Source: a virus (lineage: Duplodnaviria; Caudoviricetes). Taken from it: DNA of 54,304 bases. How positions within the stretch are numbered: position 1 is the stretch's first letter; each line of letters opens with the position of its first letter. Below the pieces are notes generated by a model. It was not told where the DNA came from. It saw only the letters and a program-made list of their open reading frames with translations, and searched no databases. Shown piece by piece: positions 8,983 to 17,919 of this stretch. The stretch is taken from positions 1 to 54,304 of IMG/VR virus record IMGVR_UViG_3300006120_000027; one strand, 5' to 3'. The position numbers and the translations under genes are program-made.

Positions 8983-9597
8983 ATGAAAACAGAAATTATT
9001 CAAGATGATGATTTTTTAACTAAAGAAGATCAACAAAATTTTATTAATAAAATGTTTGGAAATGAAACAAAAGAAGGTCAGATCCCTTTCTGGAGGATGT
9101 CAAATATCCTAGCAATATTTAACAGTCAAAATAACAAAGAAGATTTTCCGTTTAGACAAACTCCACTTGCTTTCATGACTCCAGAAACTGGTTTATTCCT
9201 TCAATCTTTTGGAGATTTAAATCTTGAAGATTTTAAAGATATATTTGATAAGTTTTGCAAAAAACACAATATAGAATATGATAAAATATTAAGGTCAAGG
9301 CTTGTTATTACTGGCATGGATAATCAAGGCAAATATCATCTTCCACATGTTGATACAATTATTGATCATGATGTATTTTTATACTATTTGCATGACGTTG
9401 ATGGGGATACTATATTTTTTGATAAATTTTTAAATGATGATTTATCAAACCCACAAATAATAAAAAGAGTTTCTCCAAAAATGGGTAGAGCAATAAGATT
9501 TGACGGTCATCAATTTCATTCATCATATACAACAGAAAAGATGCAATTCAGATGCGTTTTAAATGTTTGCTACACAACTAAAAAGGAAAAAAAATGA
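8983..9597 (+). CDS. 2OG-Fe(II) oxygenase
   Basis: PHVD (HxD), LYYLHDVDGDTIFF, PKMGRAIRFDG..FHSS, distal RCVLN; SD AGGAG. Confidence 0.8.
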   Translation: MKTEIIQDDDFLTKEDQQNFINKMFGNETKEGQIPFWRMSNILAIFNSQNNKEDFPFRQTPLAFMTPETGLFLQSFGDLNLEDFKDIFDKFCKKHNIEYDKILRSRLVITGMDNQGKYHLPHVDTIIDHDVFLYYLHDVDGDTIFFDKFLNDDLSNPQIIKRVSPKMGRAIRFDGHQFHSSYTTEKMQFRCVLNVCYTTKKEKK

Positions 9598-10346
9598 TTA
9601 TACAAATTATTGGACTGCCAGGGAGTGGTAAAACTACTTTGGCAAATGCTTTAGTAGATAGAATCAATGCAGTTCATTTAAATGCAGATTATGTACGTTC
9701 TACTATAAATTCCGACCTAGGATTTTCTACAGAAGATAGAATTGAACATTCTCGTCGTATGGGAGAGATGGCAAAGATGCTGTCTAATCAAGGCTTAAAT
9801 GTAGTAGTTGATTTTATTTGCCCAACACAATCTACACGAGATGCCTTTGGTAATCCCGACGTACTTATTTGGATGGACACCCTGCAAAAAGGTCGCTTTG
9901 AAGATACAAATAAAATATGGGAAGAACCAGTAAAGTTTGATTACCGTTGGCTTACTTATGACGCTGCAGGCCAAGTTGAAATTATGATTAAAGAGTTAGG
10001 TCTCCCCGACTGGAAAGCACCAACTACTTTAATGCTTGGTCGCTATCAACCTTGGCATGAAGGTCATCATGCTCTATACGATGAGGCGGGTAAAAGAACA
10101 AGACAAGTTATGCTTGGTGTTCGCAATACTCAAGGTACAAGTGATAAAGATCCATTATCATTTGAAGAAGTTAAAGGTTATATTCTTAAAGACCCACATA
10201 TGTCAAAAGCTATGATTGTGAAGATGCCTAATATTACCAATATTATATATGGAAGAGATGTAGGTTATAAGATTGAACAAGTATCGTTAGGAGCAGACAT
10301 TGAAGCTATTTCAGCAACTGAAAAACGCAAGCAACTCGGTCTTTAA
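9594..10346 (+). CDS. Adenylylsulfate kinase-like domain fused to a HIGH-motif nucleotidyltransferase-like domain
   Basis: P-loop GLPGSGKTT; LNADYVR...DLGFSTEDR (CysC-like); VVDFICP; C-terminal GRYQPWHEGH. Confidence 0.8.
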   Translation: MIIQIIGLPGSGKTTLANALVDRINAVHLNADYVRSTINSDLGFSTEDRIEHSRRMGEMAKMLSNQGLNVVVDFICPTQSTRDAFGNPDVLIWMDTLQKGRFEDTNKIWEEPVKFDYRWLTYDAAGQVEIMIKELGLPDWKAPTTLMLGRYQPWHEGHHALYDEAGKRTRQVMLGVRNTQGTSDKDPLSFEEVKGYILKDPHMSKAMIVKMPNITNIIYGRDVGYKIEQVSLGADIEAISATEKRKQLGL

Positions 10347-10362
10347 GTTTATATGGGCAGGG

Positions 10363-10629
10363 ATGGAAGGCATAGGAGATGCCGAAGAAAGGTTATGGGC
10401 AACACCAGTGGATAGAAAGCCAATTATGTGGGTATCACATGCAAGATCATTTTTAAAAGCAATAAGTTGGAGATTTTTTGGCAATTTAATTTCATGGATA
10501 GTTATTTATGAATTAACACATAAAGCTAAATTAGCATTTATTGCTTCAGGGATTGAACTTGTAGTAAAGGTTATACTTTATTATGCACATGAACGTGTAT
10601 GGAACAAAATTAGATGGGGCAGAGAGTAA
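10363..10629 (+). CDS. DUF2061-like small membrane protein (start uncertain: 10363 or 10426)
   Basis: RSFLKAISWR...KVILYYAHERVWNKIRWG signature. Confidence 0.75.
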   Translation: MEGIGDAEERLWATPVDRKPIMWVSHARSFLKAISWRFFGNLISWIVIYELTHKAKLAFIASGIELVVKVILYYAHERVWNKIRWGRE

Positions 10630-10674
10630 AATGGTACTAACAAAGTACATTTTATTCGTTTAAACTAAGAAAAG

Positions 10675-10683
10675 TGGTAGAAT
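10675..10683 (+). promoter_or_regulatory. Extended -10 promoter, probably leaderless
   Basis: TGG-TAGAAT, 6-nt spacer, ATG 10690, no SD. Confidence 0.6.
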
Positions 10684-10689
10684 AGTAGC

Positions 10690-11025
10690 ATGAAGATGAA
10701 AGTAACCCCTATAGATGAGGTAAACTATGGAACTTACGTTTGGCAAATGCCAGATGGCAAAGTGGTCATGGATGAAGATGGAAACTACCTTTGCATTTTT
10801 GCAAATAAAGGGGATGTTGAAAAAATTAAGCTTTTACGTGATGCAGCAGAGCATCACGGACTTGAGGAAGGAAAGCCTTTATTTTTCAGCGGTCACAGAC
10901 CAGTGTCTAACGAAGAATTTCAAAATCAAAAGCAAAGGCAAGACTGGGGATTAATTGCTGATGAATGGGATATCCCAGCATTAGAAGAAGATTTAAAGCA
11001 TAAAAAGGATTTGGGAATTATATGA
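10690..11025 (+). CDS. Hypothetical phage protein preceding the portal
   Basis: 111-aa ORF with ATGA overlap with the portal gene. Confidence 0.7.
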   Translation: MKMKVTPIDEVNYGTYVWQMPDGKVVMDEDGNYLCIFANKGDVEKIKLLRDAAEHHGLEEGKPLFFSGHRPVSNEEFQNQKQRQDWGLIADEWDIPALEEDLKHKKDLGII

Positions 11026-12623
11026 TAAAGCACACTGCATCAGTCGAAGATGATTTTGATGAGACTTCAACACAATTTGTAACAGGTGTTGCTTTGGGGA
11101 CAGTCCCAAGAGAATTACAAGAATCTGATTTTGATGATCCATTTTTGTCACATGCTGATGAAATATTAAAGCTTGAAGGTTTAAACCCAAACTTTAAACG
11201 TAATGCAAACAGACGTATACAAAAAGCATACACAGGACTTGATGATGCAAAATCTAAGAAACTTGATCCACTTGATTTAACAGGCTACTCGTTATTTCAA
11301 ATTGTTCAACCGCCTTATAACTTTATGTACCTTGCTCAACTATATGATATATCTCCATTCCATCACGCAGCAGTAAATGCAAAAGTTGCTAATGTGGTAG
11401 GACTTGGTTACGATTTTGAAATGACACAACCAGTGCTTGATAAAATTGAAGCAGCAATGGGGGATGATGAAAGGCTTGACTTTTTACGCAACAAGATATC
11501 TAGAGCTAAGAATACATTAAGAAATAAAATAGAGTCTTTAAATTCAGATGATTCATTTGAAGAAATTATGAAAAAGGTTTACACAGATCTTGAAGTAACT
11601 GGAAATGGCTTTCTTGAAATAGGTCGCACATCTTCTGGCGATGTGGGCTATATAGGCCACATACCTGCCATTACAATGCGTATAAGGCGTCATAGAGACG
11701 GCTTTGTGCAGGTTGTGTACAATCGCTATACCTACTTTAGAAACTTTGGCGACACGACCACACAGGACCAAATAGGAACAGATCCACGTCCAAACGAAGT
11801 TATTCATTTTAAAAAATTTACTCCTACAAATACCTATTATGGTGTTCCTGATATTTTATCTGCAAAGAATGCAGTTGCAGGTGACGAATTTGCTTCACGA
11901 TATAATTTAGACTATTTTGAAAATAAAGCAGTCCCAAGATATTTGATTATTGTTAAGGGTGCAAGACTAAATGCAGACTCTGAGCGCAAACTTCTTGAAT
12001 TTTTCCAAATTGGATTAAAGGGAAGAAATCATAGAACACTTTATATTCCTCTTCCAGCAGATGGTGAAAACTCACGTGTTGAATTTGAGATGAAGCCAGT
12101 TGAGGCAGGGATACAAGATTCTTCATTCCAAAATTATATGGTAGAAAATAGAGACCGCATACTGTTAGCACACAGAGTACCAGTAAATAAAATAGGAACC
12201 CCAGCGGGCATGTCAATGTCTGGTGCCATAGAAGCAGACAAAACATTTAAAGAAGAAGTATGTCGTCCAATGCAAGATGCTTTACAAATGCAAATTAATA
12301 AAATTGTAAAAGAATTTACAGATATGTTTACCTTTAAATTTGAAGAACTTACTCTTACAGATGAACTTGCTCAAGCACAAATTGATCAGATTTACCTTAC
12401 AGCTAAGACTATATTGCCAAATGAAGTCAGACAACGAATGGGTAGAAACGCTATACCTGGGGGAGATGAACCTCTAGATTTAAAGCCAGAAGAGGCTTCT
12501 GAAGAAAAAACTAATGCTTCGGGAACAAGGGCAAGGGATCAGCAAAGAGCAGCTACCCCATCCGAATCAGTCTCTGGAAGAAATACTAAAGGGGCGGGTA
12601 GAAAAGTAATATCAAATAGCTAG
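11022..12623 (+). CDS. Portal protein (PBSX/HK97-like)
   Basis: DLEVTGNGFLEI, NEVIHFK...YYGVPD, YFENKAVP, ILLAHRVP, NEVRQRMG; directly upstream of protease and capsid. Confidence 0.92.
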   Translation: MIKHTASVEDDFDETSTQFVTGVALGTVPRELQESDFDDPFLSHADEILKLEGLNPNFKRNANRRIQKAYTGLDDAKSKKLDPLDLTGYSLFQIVQPPYNFMYLAQLYDISPFHHAAVNAKVANVVGLGYDFEMTQPVLDKIEAAMGDDERLDFLRNKISRAKNTLRNKIESLNSDDSFEEIMKKVYTDLEVTGNGFLEIGRTSSGDVGYIGHIPAITMRIRRHRDGFVQVVYNRYTYFRNFGDTTTQDQIGTDPRPNEVIHFKKFTPTNTYYGVPDILSAKNAVAGDEFASRYNLDYFENKAVPRYLIIVKGARLNADSERKLLEFFQIGLKGRNHRTLYIPLPADGENSRVEFEMKPVEAGIQDSSFQNYMVENRDRILLAHRVPVNKIGTPAGMSMSGAIEADKTFKEEVCRPMQDALQMQINKIVKEFTDMFTFKFEELTLTDELAQAQIDQIYLTAKTILPNEVRQRMGRNAIPGGDEPLDLKPEEASEEKTNASGTRARDQQRAATPSESVSGRNTKGAGRKVISNS

Positions 12624-12632
12624 ACAAATATT

Positions 12633-12666
12633 TTGCCTTTGTCTCAAATGTTGATATTATTTAACT
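12633..12666 (+). promoter_or_regulatory. Putative promoter for the head genes
   Basis: TTGCCT...TGA-TATTAT-TTAACT; TATTATTTAACT recurs at 18452. Confidence 0.5.
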
Positions 12667-12670
12667 TAGA

Positions 12671-14125
12671 ATGAACATTCAAAAAGTACAATGGAATAAT
12701 AGCGAAAATCGCATCAGCCTTTCCTTTCCTATAGCGAAAGTCAATAAGGAGAAAAGAACTGTATCAGGGTTTGCAACATTAGATAATGTTGACCAACATG
12801 GTGATATTGTTACATCCGAAGCAAGCGAAAAAGCTTTTCAAAGATTCCGTGGAAACTTACGACAAATGCACCAGCCAATTGCTATTGGTAAGGTGCTTTC
12901 TTTTCATCCAGAAGATTATTATGATAAAGCATCAGGAAAAACTTACAAAGGTGTTTATGTAGATGCTTATATTTCAAAAGGTGCTCAAGATGCTTGGGAA
13001 AAAGTTCTTGATGGTACATACACAGGTTTTTCAATTGGTGGAAATATTGTAACTGCTTCAAATGAAGCGGGAGATGATAATAAAGATCATCGTGTTATTA
13101 AAGAATATGACTTAATGGAACTTTCAGTTGTTGATTCTCCAGCAAATCAACTTGCAAATATTTTTTCTATTCAAAAAAATTCTGAAGGAAGTACAGTAGT
13201 AAAAGGATTAGCAGCAGACACACATATTGATAATGTGTATTGGTGCACAACAGATCAAATTGCATCAAGCACAAGTGAAGTTACAAAAGATTGTGTTATT
13301 TGCGGAAGCCAAATGGAGAACATTGGCTGGATAGAAAGTGCTGAAGTAGAAAAAGGACTTACTATTAGTAAACTTGTAGAAGCATACTTTAAAAAAGATA
13401 ATGCTCCAGGACCAGATCATTCTGCTACCACTATGGATGCAGACGCAGGGACAGTTAATTCCAATCAAACAATTAATCTCTATCCCGACCAAAATAAAAA
13501 GAAAGTCGTCTTTAATGACGGCATGAAAATAAATAAGAGTGAAGATTCACTCAGTAAAGGAGGTAATACAATGGCAGACGAAAAAGAAAACGAAGTTACA
13601 GAACCTATTGAGAAAGCAGCAGATTGCCCAGACTGTGGCAAAGCTATGACTCTATGTGATTGCTCTGAGGTCAAAAAAGCAGCAGACGAATCAGATTCTA
13701 AAGAAGAATCTAAAGAAGCTGAAAAAGAGGAAACCGTAGAGAAGTCCGTCACTAACGCAGAGTCAGAAGATGCTTTTGCAAAGATGTTGGATGATGTGCG
13801 TAACCTCTTTGGCGAAGCAATCAATAAGAATTCTGCAGAAACAAGCGAAGCTATCGCAAAGTCAGTAGAGTCAGTAGAAGCAGCACGTGCTCAGTACATG
13901 AATGCTGTAGAAGGTATGAAAAAAGAGATCGAAGGTCTCACAAACAATATCGCTGACTTCTTCAAGAGAATTGAGTCTCTTGAAAAGAGACTAGAAGCTT
14001 ATGAAGGCGAAACTGCAGTAAAGAAATCCATTGGTGAAGTAGATAATTCATCAAGGGAAAATAAACTACGCAAAAATGCGGAGTTTAGTTGGCAAGGATC
14101 CTTCCTCGGTTCCGCAAATCTATAA
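12671..14125 (+). CDS. HK97-family prohead protease fused to a scaffold domain
   Basis: VSGFAT..NVDQHGD, QMH, YTGFSIGG, ELSVVDSPAN; acidic coiled-coil C-terminus. Confidence 0.9.
   Translation: MNIQKVQWNNSENRISLSFPIAKVNKEKRTVSGFATLDNVDQHGDIVTSEASEKAFQRFRGNLRQMHQPIAIGKVLSFHPEDYYDKASGKTYKGVYVDAYISKGAQDAWEKVLDGTYTGFSIGGNIVTASNEAGDDNKDHRVIKEYDLMELSVVDSPANQLANIFSIQKNSEGSTVVKGLAADTHIDNVYWCTTDQIASSTSEVTKDCVICGSQMENIGWIESAEVEKGLTISKLVEAYFKKDNAPGPDHSATTMDADAGTVNSNQTINLYPDQNKKKVVFNDGMKINKSEDSLSKGGNTMADEKENEVTEPIEKAADCPDCGKAMTLCDCSEVKKAADESDSKEESKEAEKEETVEKSVTNAESEDAFAKMLDDVRNLFGEAINKNSAETSEAIAKSVESVEAARAQYMNAVEGMKKEIEGLTNNIADFFKRIESLEKRLEAYEGETAVKKSIGEVDNSSRENKLRKNAEFSWQGSFLGSANL
13571..14125 (+). CDS. 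Putative scaffolding protein from an internal in-frame start
   Basis: AAAGGAGGT (13556-13564) lies 6 nt before in-frame ATG 13571 (MADEKENEV...). Confidence 0.65.
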   Translation: MADEKENEVTEPIEKAADCPDCGKAMTLCDCSEVKKAADESDSKEESKEAEKEETVEKSVTNAESEDAFAKMLDDVRNLFGEAINKNSAETSEAIAKSVESVEAARAQYMNAVEGMKKEIEGLTNNIADFFKRIESLEKRLEAYEGETAVKKSIGEVDNSSRENKLRKNAEFSWQGSFLGSANL

Positions 14126-14159
14126 ACCTAAATAATGAAAGGTAGGTGAAAGAAAAAAA

Positions 14160-15311
14160 ATGAGCAATGAACTATTACAAAAAGTAATTGATACAACAAA
14201 TCTTGGTACTAGCCCAGCTAACAACCTCTCAGGTGACGGAGTTACTAACTCTGGTACTGGTCTTCTATACCCAGATCAAGCTAACAGATTCCTTGATTAC
14301 ATGTGGGATGCTACAATTCTCGCTAAGGCAGCACGTACAATCCGCATGCGTTCAAACACGACAGAAATTGATCGTGTATCTGTTGGTCAGAGACTTATGA
14401 CAGTTGCAGCAGAAGAAAATCCACGTGATTACACTGGAGTTTCTGGAGGCTACACCAATGCAGCAGCAACTTTCTCAAAGATCTCTCTTACAACTCGCAA
14501 GTTGCGTCTTGACTGGGAGCTCTCAGCAGAAGCACTTGAAGATAATATCGAAGGTCCAGACCTAGAAGATCATATCGCACGTCTTATGGCTACGCAAGCT
14601 GGTAACGACATCGAAGATGTTCTTATTAACGGTACAGGATCTGGATCAGGTCTTCTTTCCGCTTTCGCAGGTTTCCGTACATTAGCACTTAACAACGCTC
14701 ACGTTGTTGATGGTAACGCACAGGGTATTGATCGCTCTCTCTTCAATCAGGCAATCAAGATCATGCCACGTAAGTACAAGCAACGCCGTAACCAGCTTAG
14801 ATTCTTCGCAGGATCTAACCTCGTTCAGGATTATTTGTACAACCTCACAACACAGGCTGGTTCTGTAAACCCATGGGATATCGCTTCTGGCGTTATTCGT
14901 GGAGACGTTGTTGCTAACGACGGTGGTCCAGGAAGCACAACTCCGTTTGCTTTCGGTATCCCTGTAATCAACGTTCCTTTGATGGATGAAACTCGTGACA
15001 GCACAGGTAAGTCTTATTCAGACTCTGGCTACGATGCTTCAAATGGTCTCTTTGGTGATGTCCACTTGACATTCCCACAGAACTTCATCGTTGGTATTAA
15101 GCGTGACGTTGTTGTATATCGTTTGTTCCAACCAAAGAAAGACACAATTGAATACACACTATTCATCCGTGTCGGTGCACAGTTTGAAAACTACGACGCA
15201 CACGTTCTTGTAAAGAATGTTAAAGTCGCAGGATCATCATTCGGTACATTTGGTTCAGTTACAAATGGCGCAAGCATCTCTAACCAGACTGGTTCAAGAG
15301 GTACATTCTAA
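14160..15311 (+). CDS. Major capsid protein (HK97 fold)
   Basis: GLLYPDQANRFLD, KLRLDWELSAEALEDNIEG, INGTG; strong SD, position after protease, terminator downstream. Confidence 0.92.
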   Translation: MSNELLQKVIDTTNLGTSPANNLSGDGVTNSGTGLLYPDQANRFLDYMWDATILAKAARTIRMRSNTTEIDRVSVGQRLMTVAAEENPRDYTGVSGGYTNAAATFSKISLTTRKLRLDWELSAEALEDNIEGPDLEDHIARLMATQAGNDIEDVLINGTGSGSGLLSAFAGFRTLALNNAHVVDGNAQGIDRSLFNQAIKIMPRKYKQRRNQLRFFAGSNLVQDYLYNLTTQAGSVNPWDIASGVIRGDVVANDGGPGSTTPFAFGIPVINVPLMDETRDSTGKSYSDSGYDASNGLFGDVHLTFPQNFIVGIKRDVVVYRLFQPKKDTIEYTLFIRVGAQFENYDAHVLVKNVKVAGSSFGTFGSVTNGASISNQTGSRGTF

Positions 15312-15330
15312 ATTAATTTTTAGGATCAAA

Positions 15331-15370
15331 ATAAGCGGGGAGGGCATAAAACCCTCCCCCTTATACTTTT
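15331..15370 (+). terminator. Intrinsic terminator after the capsid gene
   Basis: GGGGAGGG-CATAAAA-CCCTCCCC stem followed by a T-rich tail. Confidence 0.8.
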
Positions 15371-15382
15371 AATTATCAATAA

Positions 15383-15391
15383 TGGTATAAT
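15383..15391 (+). promoter_or_regulatory. Extended -10 promoter
   Basis: TGG-TATAAT in the intergenic region. Confidence 0.6.
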
Positions 15392-15414
15392 ATCTTTAAG
15401 TGAAAGGAATAATA

Positions 15415-15804
15415 ATGTCATTTGACACACTTAAAATAACAGAACTCAGAAAAATTGCAGACTCTTTTGGAGTAACAGTTCCAGAAAAAGCAAATAAACA
15501 ACAAATTCTCCTTGCTCTTGAAGAAGAAGGAGTAACTTATGATACATATTCACAATTTGATCAATCAGAAAAAGAAGAACTTGAAGTTCCAGAATCAAAA
15601 GCCAAAAAGGTTTCTTTAAAGAAAGAAGATTCAGTATTGGTAAGAATGGATAAAGCAAATCATTCGTATACAATTGCAGGATACACATTTACTCAAGAAC
15701 ATCCATTTGTAGCAATGCCAGTATCTCATGCACAAAAGATTTTTGACACTGACTCGGGATTCCGTTTAGCGAACCCACGAGAGGTTCAAGAATACTATAA
15801 TTAA
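15415..15804 (+). CDS. Head-associated protein with an N-terminal Rho_N/HeH-like motif
   Basis: LKITELRKIADSFGV; SD GAAAGGA favours ATG 15415. Confidence 0.55.
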   Translation: MSFDTLKITELRKIADSFGVTVPEKANKQQILLALEEEGVTYDTYSQFDQSEKEELEVPESKAKKVSLKKEDSVLVRMDKANHSYTIAGYTFTQEHPFVAMPVSHAQKIFDTDSGFRLANPREVQEYYN

Positions 15805-15816
15805 TAGGGGGCAGAA

Positions 15817-16767
15817 ATGCATCAAATAATACGTGGTACAACAGCAACAGCTGAGCTTGAAATATATTACAAGAAAGAGCTTTGTAACGCAGATGGCGAC
15901 GTTCATGTTGTTATCGTTGATGCAGATTACCCCACTACGGTTTTATTGCCATCTACAGTGGCCTACAACGATCCAGAAATAGGGAAGTATACATTAGACT
16001 TAAACAGTAATGTTACTTCCCTAAATCGTGTAATAAAGGTAACTTGGTCCTACTCAACTCATGGACAATCAACTTACCAAGAAGATTTTTATGAAATTTA
16101 TACACCATACGCATCAATTGCAGATATTATTGAATACTATGGATTTGGCACAAGACCATCTGACCTTAACTATAAAACAGAAGAAGAAATTCAAGCTGCA
16201 GAATTTATTGCAAGAATGCAGATAGAAACATATGCAGGACAAACATTTGGTCGGGGCTGGGGGGACCAAGAAGTGTTTGGAAATGGCTCAGATGCTTTAG
16301 AGCTAACAGAAAGAATGTTACACATAGGTCAATTATATGAGAACGGAGTTTTAACAATAGATTATGACTCTGATCCAACTCTTAATAAATTTGGTTTTGA
16401 CATAGAGTTGACTCCAACTTATCGTGCTGTACGTATTGTTAATAAAGACTATCAAAATATAATTACTTATGACAGCTCCTTTGATGTTACTGCTGAATAC
16501 GCTGGTAGTTTTAGGTCTGGATTTAGGTATAGAATTTACGGTGAAAAAGGCTGGCTTTATGTACCTCAAGACGTAAGAAGATGTACAGTTCTTTTGGCGG
16601 GAGATTATTTGTCTAAAGATTCTGAGTGGAGACAAAAATACCTTAATAAAATTCAATTAAGTGATATAAGCTTCCAATTAGATTCTGGCGCATTCACTGG
16701 AACTGGAAATGTAATTGTAGACCAAATTCTTGATCAATATAGAAATACAGGAATTGTGATAATATAA
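15817..16767 (+). CDS. Head-tail adaptor
   Basis: Position; YASIADI...ARMQIETYAGQTF...GWLYVPQDV...VDQILDQY pattern. Confidence 0.7.
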   Translation: MHQIIRGTTATAELEIYYKKELCNADGDVHVVIVDADYPTTVLLPSTVAYNDPEIGKYTLDLNSNVTSLNRVIKVTWSYSTHGQSTYQEDFYEIYTPYASIADIIEYYGFGTRPSDLNYKTEEEIQAAEFIARMQIETYAGQTFGRGWGDQEVFGNGSDALELTERMLHIGQLYENGVLTIDYDSDPTLNKFGFDIELTPTYRAVRIVNKDYQNIITYDSSFDVTAEYAGSFRSGFRYRIYGEKGWLYVPQDVRRCTVLLAGDYLSKDSEWRQKYLNKIQLSDISFQLDSGAFTGTGNVIVDQILDQYRNTGIVII

Positions 16768-17216
16768 TGTTTACATCTTTAGTGGGAAGCATTATGAATA
16801 TGACTGCTGATATTTATGTTCAAAAAAATACACAGACATTAGGCAGTGGAAAAATTAGCAGAGAATGGGTTTATGACCGCACAGTTGTTTGTAAGGTTGA
16901 ACCAATTAAAACAAAAGGATCCTCTAGTCGCTCAGATAACAAAACATTTTCGGGTGGAAAGTTTGATGAATATTCAGAAAAACTTCAACTTAAAATGAAA
17001 GTAATGGAAAATGTTTCAAAGCGTTGGCGCATATCTTCTGTTAGAACAAATGATGGAAAGCCAGTTTTTGTTGAATTAGATAGATATGATCAACCAGATA
17101 CTATATTTGATGTAACGGCATCACATGCAGTTTTAGACCCATTTGGCAAAATTTCATATTATGATGTCACACTTCAAAGAGTAGAGATTCAAAATGATAA
17201 CACTACAGCTGAATGA
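16767..17216 (+). CDS. Head-tail stopper/closure protein
   Basis: Synteny, size and beta-rich sequence. Confidence 0.55.
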   Translation: MFTSLVGSIMNMTADIYVQKNTQTLGSGKISREWVYDRTVVCKVEPIKTKGSSSRSDNKTFSGGKFDEYSEKLQLKMKVMENVSKRWRISSVRTNDGKPVFVELDRYDQPDTIFDVTASHAVLDPFGKISYYDVTLQRVEIQNDNTTAE

Positions 17217-17919
17217 AAATGAAATTGCAGCATTTACTCATGAAATTGATTTAAAAATTCAAGGTCTTACTGCTTTGCAAAATCAACAAGTGCTTGCAGA
17301 AATAGGCTCAGCAATATTTACAATATCAACAAAACGTTTAATAAAAGATTTAAATATGGCAGCAAAAATTTATCCAAAAAAGTTTCATCATATTTATGAA
17401 TGGGGAAAAGTTGGAGATAATGCATCAAGACTTTTTTATTTAAAAAGAAATTCTGTCAGCCAAAGTAATATTAGAATTGAAGCAGGGTTTTTAAATTCAA
17501 GAACTCCAGTACCAATTCCACCAGAATTATTGACACCAGGTGCTAAAGGCAAATCGGTTACAAGAAGAAGTATATTTTCAAAAAAAGCAGAAGTTATGGA
17601 AGCAGGGCAATCCGTATCTTTTCAAGCACAAAGGACACTAGCCTTTTTGGGAAATTCAGGAATTGCATTTATTCCTAAAGATAAGTTCGTTAATATACTT
17701 AATCCAGGCGGGAATCAAGTAAAAGGTGCGTTTGAAAAGTTTGTAAGAGATTGGTATGCTACAAAAACAATCAGCGTTATAGAATCTTCTGGCATATTTA
17801 AAAGATTACAGGATGCAATTACAGAAGCCCTGGCACCTAGGTATGCAGGTGAATTACAATCTACACAAGCAGTTATGAATACTGCAAAGATTTATTCAGA
17901 AGATAGGGTGGTATTATAA
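17194..17919 (+). CDS. Neck / tail completion protein (putative)
   Basis: Synteny between stopper and terminator. Confidence 0.5.
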   Translation: MITLQLNENEIAAFTHEIDLKIQGLTALQNQQVLAEIGSAIFTISTKRLIKDLNMAAKIYPKKFHHIYEWGKVGDNASRLFYLKRNSVSQSNIRIEAGFLNSRTPVPIPPELLTPGAKGKSVTRRSIFSKKAEVMEAGQSVSFQAQRTLAFLGNSGIAFIPKDKFVNILNPGGNQVKGAFEKFVRDWYATKTISVIESSGIFKRLQDAITEALAPRYAGELQSTQAVMNTAKIYSEDRVVL

